Assembly: GCA_963674755.2 (NCBI GenBank)
Contig: CAXXVS010000001.1
Location: 1,184,001-1,248,000 of the forward strand
Direction: 5' to 3'
Length of the DNA: 64,000 nucleotides
DNA from: Desulfobacterales bacterium
GTDB taxonomy: Bacteria; Desulfobacterota; Desulfobacteria; Desulfobacterales; UBA5852
Both the position numbers and the translations under genes were made by a program. Under the pieces are notes generated by a model that was given only the letters and a program-made list of their open reading frames with translations, made no database searches and was not told the origin of the DNA. Positions within the stretch are counted from its first letter, which is position 1; each line of letters starts with the position of its first letter. Positions 55,850 through 64,000 of the stretch are shown here, piece by piece.

Positions 55850-57874
55850 ATGACCGATGGCGGTTCTGACAATCTGAAAACGCTGGACACAATCTGCATC
55901 AACACCATCCGCACCCTTTCCATGGACGCCATCCAGGCGGCCAATTCCGGCCATCCGGGCGCGCCCATGGGGCTGGCGGCGGCCGCCTACGTCCTCTGGA
56001 CGGAATTTTTGCGTCATAACCCGGCCAATCCCCAATGGCCCAATCGGGACCGTTTCGTGCTCTCGGGGGGGCATGCCTCCATGCTCCTATACAGCCTGCT
56101 CCATCTCACCGGCTACGATGTGAGTCTCGATGATCTCAAACAATTCCGGCAGTGGGGCAGCAAGACCCCGGGGCATCCGGAATACGGCCACACGCCGGGG
56201 GTGGAAACCACCACCGGGCCCCTCGGTCAGGGGTTTGCCAATGCGGTCGGGATGGCCATGGCCGAGCGCCATCTGGCAGCCTGTTTCAACCGCCCGGATG
56301 CCGCCGTCATCGATCATTTTACCTATGTCATGTGCGGCGACGGGGACCTCATGGAGGGGCTTAGCGCCGAAGCGGCGTCCCTGGCCGGCCATCTCGGTCT
56401 GGGGCGCCTGATCGTGGTTTATGACGACAACGGGATTTCCATCGAGGGCCCCACGGCCATCACCTTCACTGAAAACGTCCGGCAGCGCTTCGAAGCCTAC
56501 CACTGGCATGTGCAGACGGTCGCCGACGGCAATGACCTGGAGGCGATGGTCGCCGCCCTGGAGGCGGCCCGTGGGGAAAGCCAGAAGCCGTCCCTGATTA
56601 TGCTCAAAACCCAGATCGCCTACGGGAGCCCCAACAAGGCCGGCTCGGCGGACGCCCACGGCGCCCCCTTGGGAAAGGAAGAGGTCTGCCTCACTAAAAA
56701 ATGTCTGGGATGTGACGCGGATGCCGAGTTTTGCCTACCGGAAGATGTGCTAAATCGCTTCCGGCAGGCCCTGGACAAGGGCCGCGACGCCGAGGCGGCC
56801 TGGCAGGGGCTGATGGATACCTACCGCGCACGGCATCCGGAATCGGCCGAAGCCTTGGCGCGCGTGTTGGAAGGCCGCTTGGTGGCCGGCTGGGAGGCCG
56901 ATCTGCCGTCTTTCAAACCGGAAGACGGACCGCTGGCCACCCGGGCTGCTTCGGGGCTGGTTCTCAACGCCCTGGCCGCCAAGGTCGATACCCTGTTCGG
57001 TGGTTCGGCCGATTTGGCACCGTCCAACAAGACATTTGTCAACGGGATGCCTGAGTTCCAGAAGACGGCCTATGAAGGTCGCAACATTCGCTTTGGGGTG
57101 CGGGAGCACGCCATGGGCGCCATTCTGTCGGGTATGGCGCTGCACGGCGGTATCAAACCCTATGGCGGTACCTTCCTGGTGTTTGCCGACTACATGCGGC
57201 CCGCCATCCGGTTGGCCGCCCTGATGGGGCTGCCGGTCATTTACGTATTTACCCATGACAGCATTGCCGTCGGGGAGGATGGACCGACCCATCAGCCGGT
57301 GGAGCATCTGGCCAGTTTGCGGGCCATTCCGGGATTGACGGTCATTCGTCCGGCGGACGCCACGGAAACCGCCGCCGCCTGGCGTGTGGCCGTGACAAGC
57401 AAGGATCGCCCGGTGGCACTGGCCCTGACCCGGCAGAAGCTGCCCATACTGGACCGCGCGGTGCTGCCGGAGGCTCAATCCCTTGCCAAAGGGGCTTATA
57501 TCTTGGCGGATTCAACAGGTAAACCGGATATTCTTCTCATGGCCAGCGGATCCGAAGTGCATCTGGTGTTGGCGGCCCGGCAGCAGCTGGCCGGCCAGGG
57601 GATTCAAGCCCGCGTGGTCAGCATGCCCAGCTGGGAGCTGTTCGAGGCCATGCCGGTCGCCTACCGGGAAGAGGTCCTGCCCAAGGATGTCACGGCACGG
57701 CTGGCGGTGGAGGCTGGTTTGCCCATGGGCTGGGAACGCTATGTCGGCAACCCCGAGAACGTTGTCGGCGTGAACGGATTCGGCGCTTCGGCCCCGGGCC
57801 CGGTATTGCAGGAAAAATACGGGTTTACGGTCGACAATGTGGTGCAGCGGGCGCTTGCGATTGTCAGGCCTTAG
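55850..57874 (+). CDS. tkt: Transketolase
   Basis: 'SGHPG', 'RDRFVLS.GH', 'TTGPLGQG', TPP motif 'GDGDLMEG', 'GSADL', 'FGVREH', 'GEDGPTHQ'. Confidence 0.97.
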   Translation: MTDGGSDNLKTLDTICINTIRTLSMDAIQAANSGHPGAPMGLAAAAYVLWTEFLRHNPANPQWPNRDRFVLSGGHASMLLYSLLHLTGYDVSLDDLKQFRQWGSKTPGHPEYGHTPGVETTTGPLGQGFANAVGMAMAERHLAACFNRPDAAVIDHFTYVMCGDGDLMEGLSAEAASLAGHLGLGRLIVVYDDNGISIEGPTAITFTENVRQRFEAYHWHVQTVADGNDLEAMVAALEAARGESQKPSLIMLKTQIAYGSPNKAGSADAHGAPLGKEEVCLTKKCLGCDADAEFCLPEDVLNRFRQALDKGRDAEAAWQGLMDTYRARHPESAEALARVLEGRLVAGWEADLPSFKPEDGPLATRAASGLVLNALAAKVDTLFGGSADLAPSNKTFVNGMPEFQKTAYEGRNIRFGVREHAMGAILSGMALHGGIKPYGGTFLVFADYMRPAIRLAALMGLPVIYVFTHDSIAVGEDGPTHQPVEHLASLRAIPGLTVIRPADATETAAAWRVAVTSKDRPVALALTRQKLPILDRAVLPEAQSLAKGAYILADSTGKPDILLMASGSEVHLVLAARQQLAGQGIQARVVSMPSWELFEAMPVAYREEVLPKDVTARLAVEAGLPMGWERYVGNPENVVGVNGFGASAPGPVLQEKYGFTVDNVVQRALAIVRP

Positions 57875-58176
57875 GCTTAGCCGGGCAACGAGGAAACGCC
57901 GATGGCGTAAAGTGTACTGATGAAGGCCCCTTATGCCCCCTTCATGAATGTCAATGACGGAAACGCGATTTGGGGGTGGGGGGACGTGAATTCTGAGGAG
58001 CGACCGTCCGGCGCTGTATCACAGGGGGCCAACGCTACCAGATCAAAAAGGCGGGCGAAAGGCCTTGGAGGAGATCGGCTGGCGTTCGGCCGGAGCCACG
58101 CCGCCCAGGGGGCGGAGGCGGGTCGCCGAAACAGCTTTCCGCCCCCTGGCGGTTGTCGAGGGGTATTGGATCGAGG

Positions 58177-58527
58177 TCAGCCGATGGTGCGCTTTACAAT
58201 GCCCAGCAGTTTGTCGGGATCAAAGGGCTTGGCCACATAGGCCACCGCCGATTTCACGGCATGCCGGCCGGCCATCCCGCTGATGACGATGACAGGGATG
58301 TCCTTCAATTCGTCATCCTTGGCCATCTTGCGGTAGAGGCGTGATCCCCACTCTTCGGGCATCTCCAAATCCAGAGTGACAAGATCGGGTTTGTTGGCCT
58401 TCAGCTTTTCCATACCTTCCACGCCATTGGAGGCCGTGTCGGTGTCATAACCGTTGTCGGAAAACAGCGTGGTCAGATATTTCACAACCACCGGGTCATC
58501 GTCGATGACGAGAATTCGCTTTGCCAT
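58177..58527 (-). CDS. Single-domain response regulator associated with tmc operons
   Basis: 'ILVIDDD', 'LDLEMP', 'VISG', 'KPF'. Immediately downstream of tmcA. Confidence 0.9.
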   Translation of the reverse strand: MAKRILVIDDDPVVVKYLTTLFSDNGYDTDTASNGVEGMEKLKANKPDLVTLDLEMPEEWGSRLYRKMAKDDELKDIPVIVISGMAGRHAVKSAVAYVAKPFDPDKLLGIVKRTIG

Positions 58528-58609
58528 AATCGGGCCTTTCTGTTGAAGGGTTGATCGTTCCGCGTCGCCTTAAAGGCAACATGGCAATGCTATGGTGTAT
58601 CCTGTACCC

Positions 58610-58999
58610 TCAGCTCCCCTTGACATGGCAATCACCGCAGGTTACCGGCCCCGCTTCCCGGGCCTCATGGCACCCTTTGCAGTTGAGATGGTAGGCGCGA
58701 ACCAACCCCATGGGGTATTCGCCGCCCTCGGATCCGTGGCACTCCGAGCACAGCATATCTTCCGAGCTTTCGTCTTCCACCAGATTGCCCTGCTCATCAT
58801 ATACATGGTGGCACACATTGCATTCATCGATGCCGGCATTTTCATTGTGCTCATCATGCATAAAAGTCGGCAGGGGGCGCATGGTGCTCGGGAAGCCGCT
58901 GTCGTCCACCATTTCAATATCCTCCTGGGAATAAGCCGAAAAGACCGCCAAGGCCAGCACACCCAGGAGCACGCCGATAAAAAGAATATTTTTTTGCAT
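58610..58999 (-). CDS. tmcA: Acidic tetraheme type II cytochrome c3 TmcA
   Basis: Signal peptide, 'FMHDEH', four CxxCH motifs (CNVCH, CSECH, CKGCH, CGDCH), acidic composition. Confidence 0.9.
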   Translation of the reverse strand: MQKNILFIGVLLGVLALAVFSAYSQEDIEMVDDSGFPSTMRPLPTFMHDEHNENAGIDECNVCHHVYDEQGNLVEDESSEDMLCSECHGSEGGEYPMGLVRAYHLNCKGCHEAREAGPVTCGDCHVKGS

Positions 59000-59055
59000 C
59001 AGTTTTTCTCCCTTGTCATCCATGAAAAGGACTGAAAAGTCAATGCCTTCTCGTT

Positions 59056-60399
59056 TTACAGGACGCTCTCCGGTTTTTCCATGACCTCGTAGATGATGTC
59101 ACCCAGAAACTTCAGATCCATACCGATTTCATTATGGTGGATGATATCCTCGAGACCGCCGTGGCAGTTGTGGCAGGGGGCTACACAGGTTTCCGCACCG
59201 CGGCTTTTGGCATCGAACAACTGCTGCGCCTTGACCTTGTTGCCGTTGACACGCTTCATTTTCCAAGGGGGACCGCAGTTGATGACCCCGCCCCCGGCCG
59301 AACAACAAAAGTTGTGTTCGCGATTGGGGTGCATTTCCTCGACGTTTTCACAGATGGCATGCACCACGTACCGCAGCATTTCATGGAGACCGCGGCCCCG
59401 AATGACATTGCAGGGATCGTGAATAGTCACGGTCGGTTGGTATTTCTTCGGAATTTTGATTTTACCGGCCTTGAGCAACTCATAGAAAAATTCGATGGAA
59501 TGCGTGACTTCAACAGGGGGCATGCGCCATCCCAGAGCCCGGTTGCCCATGTCGTAGATGGAGCGGAAGGCATGGCCGCACTCACCCATCACGATGCGTT
59601 TGACCTTCAGGCGCATGGCGGTTTCGAAGTGCATGCGCTTGGTGCGGGCCATGATTTCGTTGTCGCCCGTGTACATGGCCATATCGCTGTTATCCCATCC
59701 CGGCGTGGCCGGCATGGTCCAGTTCAGGCCGGCGGCATTGAAGATGACGGCCGCTTGATAGATCAACTGGGCACGGAACTTGGGTTCCGGTCCGATGACC
59801 GAGTACATAAAATCGGCCCCCTCTTTTTCAACCGGGATGCGCAGCCCCTCAACCTCTTCCTGGGCTTCCTCTTCCTGCCATTGCAGGCTGTCGATCCATT
59901 CGTCTTCCTTGACCCACATCTGGTTGGAGGTCACCGAGTGGCTGTGGGCGGTATCCTGGATATACTGGGGCGATATGCCCAGCTTATGGCAGAGGCGCCG
60001 TACGAACAGCATGACGAAGGCCACGTCCAGTCCGAAGGGGCAGTACATGGCGCAGCGTTTGCAGAGGTTGCACTCGGTGCTGGCGATCTCCGAGGCCTTT
60101 TTCATAAAATCCACGCTCACCCGGCCCTTTTTCTTCATGAGAACGGCCATGGTCTGTTTGACCTTGCCGGCCGGCGAATAGCGTGGGTCCTTATCGTAGG
60201 AAAGATAAAAATGGCAGGCCTCGCTGCACAAGCCGCAGCTCACACAGCTTTCCACGTAAGTCTTCAGTCGTGCGCCGGCCTCGGCCGTCATCATTTTCTG
60301 GTAGACTTGCTGGATCTTTTCAGGCGTCAGTTTTTCAGCGCCTTTTTCGATGCCTTCATCATAAATTTTCTTGTTTTCAACTGCTGCTTCGTCGCTCAT
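59056..60399 (-). CDS. tmcB: Tmc complex Fe-S subunit TmcB (DsrK/HdrD-like)
   Basis: 'CVSCGLCSEAC', 'CNLCKRCAMYC', 'ECGH', 'HDPC', 'FCCSAGGG', 'PCHNC'. Confidence 0.9.
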   Translation of the reverse strand: MSDEAAVENKKIYDEGIEKGAEKLTPEKIQQVYQKMMTAEAGARLKTYVESCVSCGLCSEACHFYLSYDKDPRYSPAGKVKQTMAVLMKKKGRVSVDFMKKASEIASTECNLCKRCAMYCPFGLDVAFVMLFVRRLCHKLGISPQYIQDTAHSHSVTSNQMWVKEDEWIDSLQWQEEEAQEEVEGLRIPVEKEGADFMYSVIGPEPKFRAQLIYQAAVIFNAAGLNWTMPATPGWDNSDMAMYTGDNEIMARTKRMHFETAMRLKVKRIVMGECGHAFRSIYDMGNRALGWRMPPVEVTHSIEFFYELLKAGKIKIPKKYQPTVTIHDPCNVIRGRGLHEMLRYVVHAICENVEEMHPNREHNFCCSAGGGVINCGPPWKMKRVNGNKVKAQQLFDAKSRGAETCVAPCHNCHGGLEDIIHHNEIGMDLKFLGDIIYEVMEKPESVL

Positions 60400-60435
60400 T
60401 ATGCAAATCCTCCCTGATGGGTGCGTATCGAGAGT

Positions 60436-61095
60436 CTACCAATCTTTGGCGAATCTTACCCCGCCGAATTCCGAACCCATGTAACCACGGGTGAGGAAGA
60501 ACAAAAACATGTGATTCAGCTTGGTGAAGGGGATGATAGCCAGTAGGACTTCCGCCGACAGCATGTGCAGAATCGTCACCGGCAGGTTGCCCGGCCACTG
60601 GTGGTAGGCCCAGTATCCCGTGATAAAGGGGGTCGCTACCAGACAAATGAGAACATAATCCCAGGCGGTGGACAGGAACTTGACATCGGGCTGAACGATT
60701 CTGCGCACCAGGAAAAAAATGCAGGCGCCGATCACCAGAAGGGTCATGATGTCGGTCACCCCATCCGGCAGGAACCACCAACTGACGTCGAAAGCCTCGT
60801 TGATCAGCGTGATGTGGGCGAAAAGAAAGATCGGCGCCACAAAGATGCTGATGTGAAACACGAAGGTGATAATCGACAGGAAGGGCCGTTTGCGGCTGTT
60901 GACGCTGGCAAAGGGAAAGATCCAGTGGATGATCGAACGGAACGCATAGTAAAAATTCCAGTATTCATAGACAAAACCATCCTTTTTCTTGGCCAGCAGG
61001 GCCCGGCTGATCAGCTGATAGAGAATGCCGCCGAAAAAGAGGATGAAGGCCACCCAGGCCAGGGGGCCGGAGACAAAATTATATATGGCATGCAT
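60436..61095 (-). CDS. tmcC: Tmc complex membrane cytochrome b TmcC (NarI/DsrM-like)
   Basis: About 5 TM helices with His ligands 'VFH', 'FAH', 'ILH', 'PFTKLNH'. AGGAG RBS before ATG 61095. Confidence 0.88.
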   Translation of the reverse strand: MHAIYNFVSGPLAWVAFILFFGGILYQLISRALLAKKKDGFVYEYWNFYYAFRSIIHWIFPFASVNSRKRPFLSIITFVFHISIFVAPIFLFAHITLINEAFDVSWWFLPDGVTDIMTLLVIGACIFFLVRRIVQPDVKFLSTAWDYVLICLVATPFITGYWAYHQWPGNLPVTILHMLSAEVLLAIIPFTKLNHMFLFFLTRGYMGSEFGGVRFAKDW

Positions 61096-61108
61096 AATGG
61101 ATCTCCTT

Positions 61109-62386
61109 TCAGCCCAAAATGTCGTTGAGCGGTATGACGGTGCGGGTATAGACCGCATCGGACCCCTTGCCTTCCAGCGCGCGCAACAGGATGCACTGGC
61201 TGTCCGGGCTGAAAGCCGGATCCCATACCTTGGTATAGGTTTCTTTGAGCGGTTTCCCGTCCACCACCAAAGTGAAGCCATCCTTCGATTCGACCTTGGC
61301 GGCCACATGCTGGCTGTCCGGGCTGAAAACCGGCGCCCAGGCCATGTCGTATCCCCCGGGCCAAGTCTGTCCATCGACACAGATGTGGTGGCGTTTGGCG
61401 GTCACCCCGATGCAGGCGAGACGGTTGCTGTCCGGCGAAAAGCAGGCATCCGTAACATAATCGTCAAAGGTGTGGCCCCAGGGCCGATCGTCGATGGCCA
61501 TGGTCCAATGGCCATACTTGGGTGACGCGATGGCGGCCAATCGCTTGCCATCCGGGCTGTAGTGCTGGTGCCAGAGCTGGACGTAACGCCCGTTCCATAA
61601 AGGTTGCCCGTTACGCACCATGGTCCAGGCGCCATCGACTTTGGCGGGGGCGACGACCGCGCCGTCGGTAGGTCTGAAAACCGGCTGCCAGATGGAGGGG
61701 TAGGTGGTGTTCCACACCTCGCCGTCCACCGCGATCGTGTAGTCGTACAAATTGATGCGAACCTCGGCCGCGACGTGCTTGTTGTCGGGCGAGAAGGCCA
61801 TTCCCCAGACATTGACGAAATTTTGCCCCCAGGCCTGCCCGTCCACGGCGACGGAGTAACAGCCCTCCTGGAATTTAAAAATTTCGGCTTCGCTGAAATC
61901 TTTGGTCTGAACGACGGCGGCGGTGTGGCTGCCGTCGGCCGTCATGGCTTTATGGCCGATATTGGCAAAAGCGTTTTCCCAGGGGGTACCGTTGGTGACC
62001 ATCCTGTATTTCATGCCCTGTTGGACGGCGCACGCAATTGTTTTGCCATCCCTGGTAAATTGGGTATCCCAAACGTAGTCGAACTGTTCTTCCCAGGCTT
62101 CGCCGTCCACCGCCAAGGTCCATTGACCCGTATCGGAAACAATGCCGGTCAACCGGCCATCGGGTGAAAATCGCAGGAACCATACCTTGTCAAAGGTGTT
62201 TTCCCAGGCGGTGCCGTTGACGCAGACACTGAATTCCATTTCACCGGTCTTGACGACGGCGGCGATCTTTTCACCATCCGGGCTGGCGTAGGGTTCTTCG
62301 ACCCAGTCGAACGAGGTCGGCCAGTTTCCGAACTGGGCGATTTCTTTCCTGCCCACACTCCAGTCCCAACTGTTTGAAATGTCCAT
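61109..62386 (-). CDS. tmcD: Tmc complex Trp-rich repeat subunit TmcD
   Basis: Many 'FSPDG...VDG..W...W' beta-propeller-like repeats. First gene of the tmc cluster, with an AAGGAG RBS. Confidence 0.85.
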   Translation of the reverse strand: MDISNSWDWSVGRKEIAQFGNWPTSFDWVEEPYASPDGEKIAAVVKTGEMEFSVCVNGTAWENTFDKVWFLRFSPDGRLTGIVSDTGQWTLAVDGEAWEEQFDYVWDTQFTRDGKTIACAVQQGMKYRMVTNGTPWENAFANIGHKAMTADGSHTAAVVQTKDFSEAEIFKFQEGCYSVAVDGQAWGQNFVNVWGMAFSPDNKHVAAEVRINLYDYTIAVDGEVWNTTYPSIWQPVFRPTDGAVVAPAKVDGAWTMVRNGQPLWNGRYVQLWHQHYSPDGKRLAAIASPKYGHWTMAIDDRPWGHTFDDYVTDACFSPDSNRLACIGVTAKRHHICVDGQTWPGGYDMAWAPVFSPDSQHVAAKVESKDGFTLVVDGKPLKETYTKVWDPAFSPDSQCILLRALEGKGSDAVYTRTVIPLNDILG

Positions 62387-63142
62387 GCCTTTCTCCTTAG
62401 TTAAGTTGCGTACAAAAGATGCTGTAAGAGGTCATCGCCGATGTTGCCACTCCCGCCGCAATGCCCGGTTGGGTCGGACCGGGGCGTTTTGACGTGTGGC
62501 AATAACACTCTGCAGGAATGTTTGTTGTGTCCACTCTCATTGCAGAGGGCGGCGGAAATCCAAATACATCCATCAGGCTATGCGTATAAAACAGACAAGC
62601 CCCTTGGCTTTTGGAAAGAAGTGGCAAACGCTCACACATGAAGGCGATGAGGCCTTCCGGTGCACGGACTTCGGGAGGGGCGGGGCGGGCGGATTCGGCA
62701 GACGCTTTTTTCTTCCGCATTGTTTCCAATGGGGCTCCAAAGCTATGGTTCATTTCGGGTCGTTGCCAGTCAAGGAGAGTGCCATCACCGCTGCAATCGC
62801 TGTGGTAGGGAATTAACCCATCGAAATGTTTGTCGAAAATTTGTACCGTGGAGGCTCATTAAGTGAAGAAATTTACAACAAGATGCGGAAAAACACAATC
62901 CAAAAGCGCTCATAACCCCTAAAAACTAACTTTCTATTTTGATAACGGTTAGTTGGTGAATTAAGGCGGTGTGTCGGGAAAGGCCGCACGACTGTTATGT
63001 TTGGCAATGCTGCCATGGCGAGCGGTCCGGAAGAAGCATTGACGGTTCTTTATCCAGGTTTGACAGAGAGGTACCCTTTACCTATAGTTTTGCTTTCAAG
63101 CCCAACCCGGCGCGAACATTTTTTCCCCCAAAGAGGCAGTCT

Positions 63143-64000
63143 ATGATTTGGCAGCGGTTAGCGACAATGGGCATGGTGGTTTTCATGCTGGTAGGGGGGA
63201 CGGTTTCTTCCTGGGGAGAACCGGCCGGTATTCCGCCACTGGAGGAAAGTATCCGCCACTTGCCAGTTCTTGATTTTTGTGGCGAGCCTGTACCGTTGGA
63301 CGATCCCGATGTAAAAGAACGTATGGACAAGGAGTTGCTGTTGTCGCTGTGGGATCGGGATCAGGCCCTTTTGTGGCTGAAGCGCTCGACCCGGTATTTC
63401 CCCTTGATCGAGAAGATGCTTTCCGAGGCCGGATTGCCGGATGACCTGAAATATGTCGCCCTGGCCGAGAGCGCCCTGCGGCCGCATGTCGGCTCACCCA
63501 AAGGCGCGATCGGCTTCTGGCAGTTCCTGCCGGAGACCGGCCGCCGTTACGGTCTGACGATCAATGACGCCATCGATCAACGCCGCAACCTGGCCGCCTC
63601 GACCAAAGCGGCCCTTGCCTATTACCATGACCTGCATGAACGCTTTGGCTCCTGGAGTTTGGCCGTGACGGCGTTCAACATGGGTGAGGAGGGGCTTGAG
63701 GCGGAAATCATGGCCCAGGGCGTGCGGGATTTCTATCGTCTCTATCTGTCGTTGGAAACCCAGCGCTATCTTTTCAGGATCCTCTCGGCCAAGCTGATCT
63801 TAACGCAACCGCAAGCCTACGGTTTTGATTTGCAGGCCACAGATTATTACCCGCCGCTCCAATTTGCCTCCATCGAACTGACCTGCTTCGAAGAGACCAG
63901 CTTGACGGTGGTGGCCCAAGCGGCCAAGACGGATTTCAAACGCATCAAAGATCTGAACCCGGAATTGCGCGGCCATTATCTGGCCGCGGGAACCTATATC
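63143..64000 (+). CDS. Lytic transglycosylase (MltD-like SLT domain), truncated by window edge
   Basis: Not in the ORF track (no stop codon in window). Manual translation gives a signal-like N-terminus, then 'GLPDDLKYVALAES', 'SPKGAIGFWQF', 'GRRYGL', 'AFNMGE', 'ETQRY'. Confidence 0.88.
   Translation, partial: MIWQRLATMGMVVFMLVGGTVSSWGEPAGIPPLEESIRHLPVLDFCGEPVPLDDPDVKERMDKELLLSLWDRDQALLWLKRSTRYFPLIEKMLSEAGLPDDLKYVALAESALRPHVGSPKGAIGFWQFLPETGRRYGLTINDAIDQRRNLAASTKAALAYYHDLHERFGSWSLAVTAFNMGEEGLEAEIMAQGVRDFYRLYLSLETQRYLFRILSAKLILTQPQAYGFDLQATDYYPPLQFASIELTCFEETSLTVVAQAAKTDFKRIKDLNPELRGHYLAAGTYI

Noticed and set aside
62397..62753. 118-aa ORF upstream of tmcD
   Set aside because: No RBS, no recognisable motif and no CxxCH. 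Its stop does sit just before the tmcD RBS, so it cannot be fully excluded.

Overview
A gene-dense, high-GC chromosomal window, most likely from a sulfate-reducing Desulfobacterota (Desulfobacterales-like) bacterium. This assignment is inferred from a bacterial-type Wood-Ljungdahl carbonyl-branch cluster (acsV-acsD-cooS-acsB-acsC-acsE, 31.2-41.9 kb) together with a tmcDCBA electron-transfer operon (58.6-62.4 kb). Other genes include an aldehyde:ferredoxin oxidoreductase, transketolase, a YhaN/YhaO (SbcCD-like) pair, signalling proteins (Ser/Thr kinase, two PilZ proteins, PAS hybrid kinase, sigma54 activator) and assorted hydrolases. I saw no rRNA, tRNA, CRISPR array or intact transposase. The most notable observations are: (1) a 1392-aa dikinase with the PPDK ATP-grasp and phospho-His domains but no pyruvate-binding barrel, carrying a ~900-aa unknown N-terminal region and paired with a divergent GAPDH; (2) a sigma54 module in which an atypical activator, an 18-bp palindrome and a -24/-12 box point at a 79-aa orphan coupled to a GIY-YIG (DUF123) nuclease whose 5' half the ORF track misses; (3) a CoA-transferase-GNAT fusion with Gln in place of the catalytic Glu, heading the acs cluster; (4) AcsD with a ~200-aa Ala/Lys/Glu tail; (5) a recD2 relic collapsed into three stitched fragments; (6) a MITE-like element with terminal inverted repeats and a 7-bp flanking direct repeat, plus a second decayed copy. 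All family calls come from recognising motifs by eye, not from database searches.
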